The notes beneath the pieces were generated by a model. The model saw nothing but the letters and a program-made list of their open reading frames with translations, did no database searches and had not been told where the DNA came from. From a virus (taxonomy: Duplodnaviria > Caudoviricetes), in IMG/VR virus record IMGVR_UViG_3300021592_000001, positions 32,001-96,000 of that record: DNA of 64,000 nucleotides; one strand, 5' to 3'. A program made the translations under genes and the position numbers. Shown piece by piece: positions 1-9,415 of the stretch; the first letter of the stretch is position 1, and each line of letters begins with the position of its first letter.

Positions 1-149
1 TTCAGACGGAAGATCCCGAAGATCTGGTTATTGAGAAATTCGACCAGTACGTGAGAGGGATTCAGTATTCAGAAAACAAACACTATCAAGAGAAGGCAGA
101 CCCGATATTGATACCCGTTGAAAAATTAAAGGGATGGTTATCGTCCTGA
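1..149 (+). CDS. partial CDS (3' end), hypothetical protein
   Basis: Frame 3 is open from the window start (QTEDPEDLVIEKFDQYVRG...GWLSS*) to TGA at 147-149, followed by the RBS of the next gene. Confidence 0.5.
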   Translation, partial: QTEDPEDLVIEKFDQYVRGIQYSENKHYQEKADPILIPVEKLKGWLSS

Positions 150-165
150 AAGGAGGGATAGGTCG

Positions 166-1278
166 ATGAAATGTTTCTATCACAACGATCTGGACGGACG
201 CTGTGCGGGAGCTATAGTATATAGAGCTGTTTCAAGGAAGGATGATTGGGAATTTATTGAAGTTGATTATAAAGATGAAATTGACATTGATAAGATTGAA
301 GATGGCGAGAAAATAGTTATCGTAGATTTTTCTTTCGAACCTGAGGTAATGGAAAAGGTCTTGCTGAAGACAGACGATATCATCTGGATAGACCATCACA
401 AAACATCATTTGAATACAAGTATTCCAGAGAGCTGGACGGATTGAGATTAAATGAGTATTCGGGATGTGAACTTGCCTGGAAATACTTTATGAAGAATAG
501 ACCGATACCGTATCCTGTCGAATTAATAGGAGATAGAGACACATGGAGATGGAAACATGGTACAACAACAACTTATTTTAATGAAGGGTTGAAACTGTAT
601 CCTCACCACCCAAAAGACGAAATATGGGACTACCTCCTCTCAGAAAATGAATTTCTGGTATTTGGTTGGGTCAAGGAGATAGTTGAGGAAGGAAGAACCG
701 CTGCAAGATATAGAGACGTGATTTGTGAAGACTATGCTAATAATTTCGGCTTTGAGACCACATTCGAAGGGTATAGATGTTTTGCGATAGGACTGCTTAT
801 GTTTGGAAGTCAAGCATTCGGGGAGCGATTTGACCGCTACGACATTTGTCTGGCGTACGAGTTTTTAGGCGACAAGTGGGTAGTCAAGCTTTATTCTGCA
901 ACTGTGGATGTTTCTGCAGTTGCGAAGAAATATGGAGGGGGAGGACACAAAGGAGCTGCTGGATTTATTTGCAGCGATTTGCCCTTTAAGAAGAAGGGAT
1001 CACAAAATATGAACACGACTCCGTATCAAAAAGCTATGCGGAAGGCTGAAAAATACTTTGCAGAGCAAGAGAAGAAATACGACGAAAGGGAGAAAAGAAT
1101 TTTTATGGTTTCCTGGGGAACTTGTCCAAGGTGCGGATCAGATTTAGTTCAAAAGAAGACAAGAGGGCTTCTTAGTTATCTCTTCTTCGATAAAAATAGC
1201 TACAAGCTTAAGTCTAGGTGTCCGAACTGCGGTTTCTATGACGAGTATCATCATGTAGGGGAAGACGGATTGACATAG
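166..1278 (+). CDS. DHH/DHHA1 family phosphoesterase with C-terminal Zn-ribbon extension
   Basis: HNDLDG, VDFS, WIDHH and GGGGHKGAAGF motifs; C-terminal CPRC...CPNC; AGGAGG RBS. Confidence 0.9.
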   Translation: MKCFYHNDLDGRCAGAIVYRAVSRKDDWEFIEVDYKDEIDIDKIEDGEKIVIVDFSFEPEVMEKVLLKTDDIIWIDHHKTSFEYKYSRELDGLRLNEYSGCELAWKYFMKNRPIPYPVELIGDRDTWRWKHGTTTTYFNEGLKLYPHHPKDEIWDYLLSENEFLVFGWVKEIVEEGRTAARYRDVICEDYANNFGFETTFEGYRCFAIGLLMFGSQAFGERFDRYDICLAYEFLGDKWVVKLYSATVDVSAVAKKYGGGGHKGAAGFICSDLPFKKKGSQNMNTTPYQKAMRKAEKYFAEQEKKYDEREKRIFMVSWGTCPRCGSDLVQKKTRGLLSYLFFDKNSYKLKSRCPNCGFYDEYHHVGEDGLT

Positions 1279-1319
1279 AGAAACGACTCTATACCAGTAT
1301 AGAGAAAGGAGGTAAAGTT

Positions 1320-1865
1320 ATGAAAGTGTATTTAGTTCCTACATTACCAGGGAGATATGATGAATTCTTGACTGCTTTAAAAGCGGAGAGTGTTAAAGCT
1401 TCAGAATTTGGCCTTGATAGGTGGACATATGCATCTAAGTGCTATCAATTAGACGCAGATGTTATTCTGGACAGGAAATTAGAAATTCCCACACGATGTG
1501 GACTTGTGATCTTCGATGAAGAGTGGAATATAACAGAGACAAAGGACGGAGAACTTATTAACCTTCTTAGTTTCTATGACTACGATCTGGAGTACAGATG
1601 TAGGAGAGGTAGGCTTGTATGTTTCTGGAGTGTTAAACATTCTTATTCTAAGCTCTATGCTATTATCCATGAGATCATGAAGAACAAGCCAAAAAGTAGG
1701 ACAGAGGAACTAAAAGAGGAAATAAAGAGCAAAGATCAAAAGATACAAGAACTCGAGAAAGAGCTTCAGGAGTGTAGACTTGAGATACAAGAGCTCGAAG
1801 AAAGACTTGATATTATAAGAGAGAAACTGGAAGATAAAATGGAAGAGATATTAGCAATGTTTTAA
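1320..1865 (+). CDS. hypothetical protein with C-terminal coiled coil
   Basis: ORF with AGGAGG RBS; heptad-like E/K/L-rich C-terminus. Confidence 0.7.
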   Translation: MKVYLVPTLPGRYDEFLTALKAESVKASEFGLDRWTYASKCYQLDADVILDRKLEIPTRCGLVIFDEEWNITETKDGELINLLSFYDYDLEYRCRRGRLVCFWSVKHSYSKLYAIIHEIMKNKPKSRTEELKEEIKSKDQKIQELEKELQECRLEIQELEERLDIIREKLEDKMEEILAMF

Positions 1866-1874
1866 TTTTACATA

Positions 1875-2372
1875 ATGAAAGGGCAACTTAATATGGACAA
1901 GAAGATTATAGACATCGGATATAAGAGCGAGTGGCCTGCTTCTGCTCTTAGTAACTTTGCGGCTCACAGATTTGTAATAGATGGAGTAGTATGTGAATCT
2001 ATGGAAGGCTTCCTGCAGTCATTGAAATTTGAAGACCCAGAAGTTCAAGAGAAAGTGTGTAAGCTGGTAGGAGTGAAAGCTAAATATCGAGGCAAGCGGA
2101 AAAAATGGTGGCTGACCCAAACCTTATGGTGGAGAGGAAAGAAATATGATAGACATGGTAAAAGGTATCAGAAATTATTAGACCGAGCTTATCTCGCTCT
2201 ATCAAAGAATAAAGACTTCAGAAAAGCTCTACTCGCAACTGGTGACGCTACGCTGATCCATTCGATTGGTAAGACTGACCCTTATAGGACGATACTAACT
2301 GAGCAGGAATTTTGCTCTAGGTTAGAGAAGATTAGGGAACTAATTAGCAAACGAAGGAAAAAAGAATTGTAA
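1875..2372 (+). CDS. NADAR family protein (T4 gp30.3/YbiA-like ADP-ribosyl glycohydrolase)
   Basis: LSNF..H.F.IDG..C.SMEGFLQSLKF, QTLWWRG and F..ALLATG...L.HSIG motifs. Confidence 0.8.
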   Translation: MKGQLNMDKKIIDIGYKSEWPASALSNFAAHRFVIDGVVCESMEGFLQSLKFEDPEVQEKVCKLVGVKAKYRGKRKKWWLTQTLWWRGKKYDRHGKRYQKLLDRAYLALSKNKDFRKALLATGDATLIHSIGKTDPYRTILTEQEFCSRLEKIRELISKRRKKEL

Positions 2373-2388
2373 AAAGGAGGTTAGACAA

Positions 2389-2970
2389 ATGGAAGGGTAT
2401 AAACCACAGAGAATAAGAGTAGCAATATCTGGTCCTCACGGTGTAGGTAAGAGCACTCTTGCAAGGAGAATTGCTGACGAGCTCTGTATATGGTATATAC
2501 CTGAAGTCGCAAGAGAACTTTTGGATAAAGCCCGAGACAGGAATTGGAAGGAATTTAGCGCTGAAGAGGCTTGTGAGTTTGAAAAAGCTATAATCCATTC
2601 GCATCTGTTCTACATAAAGCAAGCTAATCGGATGAACACAAGCTTCGTATCCGACCGCAGTGTCTTTGATGCATTTGGCTATATAGATTGGCAAGAGGAA
2701 TGTCGGGGTATGAAATTGGGTATAAATTACCATCGTATTAAGATGAGAGATTCTTATCTACCTTACATAGATAAGATTCTATTTTTTAAGTTCAGAGAAG
2801 AAGATAATCCTGACGAATCACAATGGTGGTTCCAGAACAGACTCGAAAAATTTTTCTCTTTCGACCCATTCCCTGATATCGTTGTTGAGATTGACAGAAA
2901 GACAGAATTTGAGGAAATTATTAGAATAATAACTTCAACAGGAAATTCATACCAAGCTCAAAAGAGATAG
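2389..2970 (+). CDS. P-loop kinase/ATPase, NadR/AAA_28-like
   Basis: Walker A GPHGVGKST, IPEVAREL and SDRSVFD motifs. Confidence 0.75.
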   Translation: MEGYKPQRIRVAISGPHGVGKSTLARRIADELCIWYIPEVARELLDKARDRNWKEFSAEEACEFEKAIIHSHLFYIKQANRMNTSFVSDRSVFDAFGYIDWQEECRGMKLGINYHRIKMRDSYLPYIDKILFFKFREEDNPDESQWWFQNRLEKFFSFDPFPDIVVEIDRKTEFEEIIRIITSTGNSYQAQKR

Positions 2971-3011
2971 GGCGTTTTGAGATAACTTTAAACCTATAGG
3001 AGGAAGAAGTC

Positions 3012-3668
3012 ATGTTAGAAATTTATTTAGGTACAGAAGATGAGTTAAGAGGGAATTATTTTACCCTTGAAGAAAAGTTGCCTTTTTGTCCAGGACAACT
3101 AGTCGTCCTAAATTTTTATAATTTATTGGATAAGTATGTCCTTCCGAAGAAAGGAAATCTGACTGGAGAGGATTACAAAAGAAAGCTAGAGGAAAGTAGG
3201 GTTTCTGTTCCAGGAGTTATTAAGAGTGTCAGGCTTTTTGCTCAATCTGCCTGCCGCTTGCCCTTAGCTGACGTCTACTTTCTCTCTCGCTGGAACAGTG
3301 GAGACGTCTCGGGTTACTTAGAAGTAAAAGATATGCCTGTCTGGAGATATGTAAATTGGTCTGAACCTATTCCAAATTGGTTTATTGAAGAGATTAGAAG
3401 TATAGCTAACAGAAATGAGAAAGAGGGTTGCCCAAAAACATGGATGGATATTCCTGTCAAGGATTTGTTCTACATCAGACATATAATAAGAGATGACGGC
3501 AAAATCTCTGTCTACAAAATTTATCCCTTTAGGGAAAGTCCTTCCATCTACCCGATGAAGTGGTGGTGTGGTAATTGTAGCGAACCAGAAGCAGGATACG
3601 AAAGGGGAACTATAACTGAAGAAGTAAACACGAAATTATGGAAGGAAGCTGACAAACAGGAGTGTTAG
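3012..3668 (+). CDS. hypothetical protein
   Basis: 218-aa ORF with AGGAGG RBS. Confidence 0.7.
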   Translation: MLEIYLGTEDELRGNYFTLEEKLPFCPGQLVVLNFYNLLDKYVLPKKGNLTGEDYKRKLEESRVSVPGVIKSVRLFAQSACRLPLADVYFLSRWNSGDVSGYLEVKDMPVWRYVNWSEPIPNWFIEEIRSIANRNEKEGCPKTWMDIPVKDLFYIRHIIRDDGKISVYKIYPFRESPSIYPMKWWCGNCSEPEAGYERGTITEEVNTKLWKEADKQEC

Positions 3669-3777
3669 TATCTATGGAGGCTCTAAAGAGCCGAGAAAGC
3701 TCTGACTGGCTCAGAGGGTAAGGTCAGACTATTTTGTATGTGAACTTCAACTGGGGAGGGAGGCTAAAGGAGGTTTC

Positions 3778-4107
3778 ATGTTTATGTTCATTCCGAATCC
3801 GAAGAGAGTGAAAGTTGGGCAGAAATGTACAAAGTTCTACAAATGTCCGTATTATGGAAAATGTCTCGAGGTAGCGATAGGCTGGGATAATTTTGACTGT
3901 ACGAACTGCTTTATGATCAAGAATGCTAAGGCGAATGATATTGTTACCTTTAAAGCTCGGAGCGGTTCTACAGGAAGAGAAGGACATTCCTCAGAAAGGG
4001 CAAAGAGAGCGATCGTTGAACTGTTCCAGATAGCTCTTGCAGAAATGGACAATTCTATGGAAACGGACGAAAGCGAAAATAAAGGAAATGACCGACATTG
4101 TTTGTAA
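3778..4107 (+). CDS. hypothetical Cys-rich protein
   Basis: ORF with AGGAGG RBS; C..C..C..CxxC cluster. Confidence 0.6.
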   Translation: MFMFIPNPKRVKVGQKCTKFYKCPYYGKCLEVAIGWDNFDCTNCFMIKNAKANDIVTFKARSGSTGREGHSSERAKRAIVELFQIALAEMDNSMETDESENKGNDRHCL

Positions 4108-4144
4108 GTCTTTAATAATATTACACTTTTAAAGGTAAAGTTGC

Positions 4145-4174
4145 TTGTAATTTGTAAACTATATATGTTATAAT
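4145..4174 (+). promoter_or_regulatory. sigma70-type promoter (TTGTAA-18-TATAAT, extended -10 TG)
   Basis: ttgtaa at 4145-4150 and TGtTATAAT at 4166-4174 in an AT-rich gap before ORF 4186. Confidence 0.6.
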
Positions 4175-4185
4175 GAGGCTGCGGT

Positions 4186-4617
4186 ATGACTGAAATAAAA
4201 AACAGGATGAAGATACCTATAACGCTATCTTGCGGTAGAACTATTCCTCCTCAGAAAAGTATAGTAGTCGAAGAGTCTATAGAGTCTCTCACAAGGAGGA
4301 AGGACGTAAAGAACCTCCTCGATAGAGGATGGATAGAGCTTCCGCAGGAGGAACGTAGTGAGGACGTAATCAAAAGGCTTCAGTCACAAGTTAATTCTCT
4401 CAAACTGCGCAATAAGGAATTGTTAAGAGACATTAGGCTTCTGCATGCAAAGCAGGAGTCGAACTGTACAGAGATTGCGGAGATCCTGGCTGCAGATAAG
4501 AATGCCAGGTCTAAATTAAAAAATATTTCTTCGCTAGTGAAGAAATGGAACAGCTTTTTAGAAGCCTATACTATTGAGGAAGATGAGGAAGAGGACTATG
4601 GTGAGTGGGAAGTTTAG
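4186..4617 (+). CDS. hypothetical protein
   Basis: 143-aa ORF with a coiled-coil segment and acidic tail. Confidence 0.65.
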   Translation: MTEIKNRMKIPITLSCGRTIPPQKSIVVEESIESLTRRKDVKNLLDRGWIELPQEERSEDVIKRLQSQVNSLKLRNKELLRDIRLLHAKQESNCTEIAEILAADKNARSKLKNISSLVKKWNSFLEAYTIEEDEEEDYGEWEV

Positions 4618-4674
4618 GATCTTCGTGGGAGAGAAGTTGTAAGCCTTCACTAGAAACATTAGTAGGAGGATAAG

Positions 4675-5118
4675 ATGCGTGAGATGCCCTTGGAATTTGA
4701 GAAAGGGTCTGCCTATGTTGACTACGGCAAAACTAGACTATGGGTAGACAAAAGGCTAGTAACTAGGAAGCGTGACGGAGCTGTCATTGTCTATCCTGTT
4801 AAGAATGGTAGGATAGAAGACGGTAATGTACTGCGACCAGCAACTGGTTATACCACTTTCGATATCTTAATTCTACCAGGGTACAGAAGTAGCAGTCGAA
4901 TAGAAGTGATAGAGCCAAATCCCGAGGCAATTCTGGAGTATGAGGCTCGCTACCGTACAAGAAACTCAGGTACATCTTACGGCAAAGTGGTTAGCGTAAG
5001 AGGTGACTATCTGATCTACAGATGGTTCAGAAGTGGTAGGCTTCATGGTAGTCCTGCAACTGGTATAACGTGTGCTACCAGTGACGGGAAGATGAGAGCA
5101 CTTTCTTATGAGGATTAG
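4675..5118 (+). CDS. hypothetical protein
   Basis: ORF with AGGAGG RBS. Confidence 0.65.
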   Translation: MREMPLEFEKGSAYVDYGKTRLWVDKRLVTRKRDGAVIVYPVKNGRIEDGNVLRPATGYTTFDILILPGYRSSSRIEVIEPNPEAILEYEARYRTRNSGTSYGKVVSVRGDYLIYRWFRSGRLHGSPATGITCATSDGKMRALSYED

Positions 5119-5177
5119 ACGCTAGGGAAGGACTGAAAGACGCTTCAAAGGCAAATAAAACTAAAGGAGCGAGAACC

Positions 5178-6086
5178 ATGATAAAATCTGTTTTAGTTGT
5201 CGGAGATGTAATGCTAGATACCTATATTATAGGGGAAGTCAACAGGCTCTCTCCTGAAGCTCCAGTTCCTGTCTTGAGAGTGACCAGAGAACTTAATTAT
5301 CTTGGTGGAGCAGCAAATGTTGCAAGGAACTTAAGAGAATTGGATATGGACGTCACACTAGTTGGCTTAATTGGAAAAGATAAAACGGCAGACACTCTCC
5401 TTAAATTGCTGAACAAGTATGCAATAAATAATTTATTATTGAGCAAAGAGGAAGTCATAACAACTCGGAAAATCAGGCCGATGACCAATTATGGCAAAAC
5501 CCAATTACTAAGGATAGATGAAGAAAATGCAGTTAAAGTTAATATTGACGAAATTGCGGATGAAGTCAAGAAAATAGCTGCTAAATCTCAATTCATAGTA
5601 GTTTCAGATTATGCAAAGGGGGTAGTTACTCCATTGCTGATGCGGATGGTAGATTCTGTAAATGTTCCTATCGTATTAGATCCAAAACCGATAAATTCTG
5701 AAATATATAAAAAGATGAAAAATATAATGGTTTCAACTCCGAACACATCCGAACTGAAAGCTATGACTATTCACCCAACTACATATTCAAAGTATGTTTT
5801 TGAAACAAAAGGACCTGAAGGGATATGTGTTCATCGTAAAAATAAGAGTTCTTTCATAGTAAAACCTGAACGAGTTGAAATCTTCAATGTTATAGGAGCA
5901 GGAGACGTCGTAACAGCAGTCGTAGCCAAGTGTATTTCTGCGGGGATGACAATTGAGAAAACTGCTGCAATAGCATGTGCTTGCGCTTCCAGAGCGGTTA
6001 CAGAACCATGGACTGCTATAGTTGACAAATCACATTTCTATAACGTCTCAAACGAATATAAAGAAATGGAAACATGGGAAGTTTAA
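5178..6086 (+). CDS. rfaE: D-glycero-D-manno-heptose-7-phosphate kinase (RfaE/HldE kinase domain, PfkB family)
   Basis: VVGDVMLD.Y..G.V.R.SPEAPVPV, GGAANVA, SDYAKG, DPK, TPN..E and GAGD motifs. Confidence 0.85.
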   Translation: MIKSVLVVGDVMLDTYIIGEVNRLSPEAPVPVLRVTRELNYLGGAANVARNLRELDMDVTLVGLIGKDKTADTLLKLLNKYAINNLLLSKEEVITTRKIRPMTNYGKTQLLRIDEENAVKVNIDEIADEVKKIAAKSQFIVVSDYAKGVVTPLLMRMVDSVNVPIVLDPKPINSEIYKKMKNIMVSTPNTSELKAMTIHPTTYSKYVFETKGPEGICVHRKNKSSFIVKPERVEIFNVIGAGDVVTAVVAKCISAGMTIEKTAAIACACASRAVTEPWTAIVDKSHFYNVSNEYKEMETWEV

Positions 6087-6128
6087 TATTGCGGAGACAT
6101 TTTACTCTTCCTCGTAAGGGAGAGGGAG

Positions 6129-6917
6129 ATGAAAGTTAATGTAGTTTATGCAAAGTCGTTCTTTGGCCTCGACGAAGTTGAAGATGATTCCGTAGATTTG
6201 ATTTTCGCTGATCCTCCATACGGAATTTCCAAGGATACATTACTATCCAATCCACAGATTGGCTACGAACCAAAAAAGGGAAACTGGGATTTAGTCAGCA
6301 AAGAGTATCTAAAAGAATTTGCGGAACACCTCGGAGCTGATGCCTTGCGAGTACTGAAGCCCAGCGGAAGCATAGTCGTGTCGGGAGTATTCGGCTCCCT
6401 TAGGCCATATTTTGCGAATTTTGTATCTCTCGGTTTTAAGTTTCGTCATCATATCGTATGGCACAAGACGAATCCTGCTCCCTCGGTGCACCGTAGATCC
6501 TTTGTTTATTCCAACGAAATTTTATTATGGTTCAGTAAGACAAATAAATGGTATTTTGATTATGATTTATCGAAAACATACAACAAAGGTAAGCAGCTTC
6601 ACGACGTATGGGACATTCCATCTGTCAGAAAACAGGCAGGAGTTACAAGGAAACCTAAGGAACTGATGGAGAGAATCGTTAGAATTCTCTCCCCGGAAGG
6701 AGGGTTAGTTCTCGATCCTTGTGTCGGTTCAGGAACGACTATCGAGGTTGCTAGAAAATTCCGCAGAAAGTTCGTTGCCTACGAAATAGGCAACGAACAG
6801 CTCAAACTACTAAGGAAGAAGAAATTCAATGTGGTAAATCACAAAATAAAGGTTCGTCTGAGACCGAAGATGAGAAAGAGAGGAGTGAAACTCAAACACT
6901 TCCACTTTTGTGATTGA
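6129..6917 (+). CDS. DNA N4/N6 methyltransferase (beta class)
   Basis: DLIFADPPY near the N-terminus, IVWHK.N, VLDPCVGSGTT near the C-terminus. Confidence 0.9.
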   Translation: MKVNVVYAKSFFGLDEVEDDSVDLIFADPPYGISKDTLLSNPQIGYEPKKGNWDLVSKEYLKEFAEHLGADALRVLKPSGSIVVSGVFGSLRPYFANFVSLGFKFRHHIVWHKTNPAPSVHRRSFVYSNEILLWFSKTNKWYFDYDLSKTYNKGKQLHDVWDIPSVRKQAGVTRKPKELMERIVRILSPEGGLVLDPCVGSGTTIEVARKFRRKFVAYEIGNEQLKLLRKKKFNVVNHKIKVRLRPKMRKRGVKLKHFHFCD

Positions 6918-7516
6918 GGATAAAGATGTTAAGAGTAAAGAAGAATAGAATGGATCCCGACAATTACAATAGTACATTCAAAAATTGGCCGCCTTTGGTA
7001 AGATTTGGTCGCTGGGTCTATGGTATTTGGATAATTGGTAATAATTATAAGTCAAAAAAGAAGTACTATGGTGAATATCCGCCTACTTATCTGAAAAGGA
7101 TAAAGGCTCTTTTTCCTAATGCTCGGAATGTTCTCCATCTTTTCTCTGGTGTTGTTGAAAAGGGATTGTGGTCAAATGAGGTTACTCTAGATATTAGAGA
7201 AGAATTGAACCCAGATATCTGCTGTGATGCTGAAGAACTGAGCAAGCATGTAAGGGGTAGTTATGATCTTATTTTGGCTGATCCACCTTATTCTGGAGAA
7301 GATGCAGCTCATTACGGACGGCCTTTGATAAATAGGTTTAAAGTAATAACCGAGTGCGTAAAAATCTTGACCTCTGGCGGGTATTTGGTTTGGCTTGATC
7401 AAGTTTTTCCGATGTTCAGAAAATCTGAATTAAAATTGATTGGCACAATAGGTATAATCCGTTCGACTAATCATAGAGTTAGAACAGTATTTGTGTTCAA
7501 AAGGTTTAAAAGGTAG
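6914..7516 (+). CDS. small DNA amino-methyltransferase-like protein
   Basis: VLHLFSG (motif I-like) followed by DLILADPPY. Confidence 0.7.
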   Translation: MRIKMLRVKKNRMDPDNYNSTFKNWPPLVRFGRWVYGIWIIGNNYKSKKKYYGEYPPTYLKRIKALFPNARNVLHLFSGVVEKGLWSNEVTLDIREELNPDICCDAEELSKHVRGSYDLILADPPYSGEDAAHYGRPLINRFKVITECVKILTSGGYLVWLDQVFPMFRKSELKLIGTIGIIRSTNHRVRTVFVFKRFKR

Positions 7517-7526
7517 TAGGAGAAGA

Positions 7527-8330
7527 ATGAAAAAGAAAAAGAAAAATAAAGCATCTAGCAAGATAAAATTATATGTGGGGGACTGCATTGCCGTTATGAA
7601 AACGAAAATAGATGATGAAAGCATTGATTTGATAGTCACTTCCCCTCCTTACAATTGCGGAATAAAATACGATAATTACAATGATTCGCTCCCTAAAGAA
7701 AAATATTATAGGTGGTGCAAAAATTGGTTAAAAGAATGCTACAGAGTATTAAAAAATAATAGAAGAATAGCTATTAATGTTCTACTTAATAAAGGGAGTA
7801 GTAGAGAGGGTAGAGAACAGCCAGTAGTAGAATTCTGTAATTTATTAAAAAAAGTTGGTTTTTCTTTAAATAATATAACTCTATGGATGGATGAACATAG
7901 GGTAAAGCATACTGCTTGGGGCTCCTGGAAGAGCGCTTCGGCTCCTTATATATTTAATCCTTACGAAGTTATAATTATGGCTTCTAAGGGAAAGTGGGAG
8001 AGAAAAGATAGAGGAGTGTCTGACATTACAAGAGATGAATTTATGGAATGGGTTACTGGACGGTGGAGATTTAATCCCGAGCACAGAAGATTGAACCCTG
8101 CTCCTTTTCCAGAAGAATTGCCTAAAAGATGTATAAAACTACTAAGTTATGTTGGAGATACAGTTTTAGATCCTTTTGTAGGTTCAGGAACTACTTGTGT
8201 CGCAGCTAAAAAACTGAATAGAAATTGCATAGGAATTGACATTTCAAAAAAGTATATAAATATTGCGAAGAAGAGAATAAAGGAACAGAAGTATGGGAGG
8301 CTTAAATGCAGGAAGATATTCAAGGTATGA
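7527..8330 (+). CDS. DNA N4-cytosine/N6-adenine methyltransferase (beta class)
   Basis: DLIVTSPPY, PAPFPEELP and VLDPFVGSGTT; ATG 7527 follows AGGAG (the ORF track starts at 7491). Confidence 0.9.
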   Translation: MKKKKKNKASSKIKLYVGDCIAVMKTKIDDESIDLIVTSPPYNCGIKYDNYNDSLPKEKYYRWCKNWLKECYRVLKNNRRIAINVLLNKGSSREGREQPVVEFCNLLKKVGFSLNNITLWMDEHRVKHTAWGSWKSASAPYIFNPYEVIIMASKGKWERKDRGVSDITRDEFMEWVTGRWRFNPEHRRLNPAPFPEELPKRCIKLLSYVGDTVLDPFVGSGTTCVAAKKLNRNCIGIDISKKYINIAKKRIKEQKYGRLKCRKIFKV

Positions 8331-8395
8331 TCACGTAGTCAGTAGTGATAATATCAGTTTGGTAAGAAGGGAGAAGCAATAACGGGAGAATAAGG

Positions 8396-8938
8396 ATGCT
8401 AAAGTGCGGATCATGTGTCTGGTTAAGAACACTGCCGAGGTTATACAAAGGAAAACACGTTTATTGTTACGATCTCGGCTTTCACGATGAAAACAGGGCT
8501 TGCCGAAACTGGAGAGCAGACTTCAGTAAGTTGCGAAAGAAATCGAGATTTTCTTGGTTCTTGCGAAGCTTAGGTAAGCTCAAACTTCGTGACCTTGACA
8601 TCGTTGAACAGTTAATCAAACAGCAAAGAGACCTAATTAAGAAGAAGGCTCCCTACAAGATAGGGAGCCTGGTTTGTTATTACTTTATGAATAGATGGTT
8701 CGTGATATTCGTTGAGGGAATTATCTCCATAGACGGAGTGGCTTATATACAGGGCAGAAGTGTAGACGGTAATACTACCTTTACAGTACCCTGTACCTCT
8801 GTAAGACTACGTAAAAAGCTTCGTGTAAAAGTTAAAAAGGATATCAAAATAAAGGTAAAATTGAAAGATGATAGGAGGAAAAAACATGACAAGAGAGGAA
8901 CAGCTGGAAAAATGGATTTCGGGGGTATCTCTACATAA
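8396..8938 (+). CDS. hypothetical basic protein with N-terminal Cys cluster
   Basis: CGSC...C...C pattern; Lys-rich tail. Confidence 0.6.
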   Translation: MLKCGSCVWLRTLPRLYKGKHVYCYDLGFHDENRACRNWRADFSKLRKKSRFSWFLRSLGKLKLRDLDIVEQLIKQQRDLIKKKAPYKIGSLVCYYFMNRWFVIFVEGIISIDGVAYIQGRSVDGNTTFTVPCTSVRLRKKLRVKVKKDIKIKVKLKDDRRKKHDKRGTAGKMDFGGIST

Positions 8939-9146
8939 TGATGAGCTTGATGAATGTTGCCCAGATTTCTCCTGCTGTTGCGAAGGGATATCTACTCCTG
9001 TAGAAGTCAAGAAGGCATTCAGAGATGCTTACATTCGAGGGGATAGTGAAGAAATGGAGCGAATGCTTTGGACGTTTCTCAGCGACGCTATACCTAAGAT
9101 TGTCAAGAATGATAATGTCCGTAGTGTAATCTTGATCGGCGAATAA
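8868..9146 (+). CDS. hypothetical protein
   Basis: ORF, probable start at MTREEQ after AGGAGG; ECCPDFSCC motif. Confidence 0.6.
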   Translation: MIGGKNMTREEQLEKWISGVSLHNDELDECCPDFSCCCEGISTPVEVKKAFRDAYIRGDSEEMERMLWTFLSDAIPKIVKNDNVRSVILIGE

Positions 9147-9151
9147 TAAAA

Positions 9152-9415
9152 ATGAAAAAGTGGTATGTATATATCCTTGAATGTTCGGATGGTAGCTATT
9201 ATACAGGTTCGACTTGTGACGTCAAAGGAAGAATAGAAAAACATAATGACGGTAAGGCTTCGAAATATACCAGGAGCAGATTACCTGTGAGACTCATCTA
9301 TTTGGAGAGGTTCGGCAGCCGCAGTTCCGCTTGTTCCAGGGAGCATCGAATAAAGAAAATGACAAGGAAAGAAAAGGAGGCACTTGTAAATGGCGAGGAA
9401 AACCCTCTTAGATGA
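9152..9415 (+). CDS. GIY-YIG nuclease family protein (UPF0213-like)
   Basis: WYVYILECSDGSYYTG.T.D...R...HN.GK.SKYTRSR. Confidence 0.9.
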   Translation: MKKWYVYILECSDGSYYTGSTCDVKGRIEKHNDGKASKYTRSRLPVRLIYLERFGSRSSACSREHRIKKMTRKEKEALVNGEENPLR

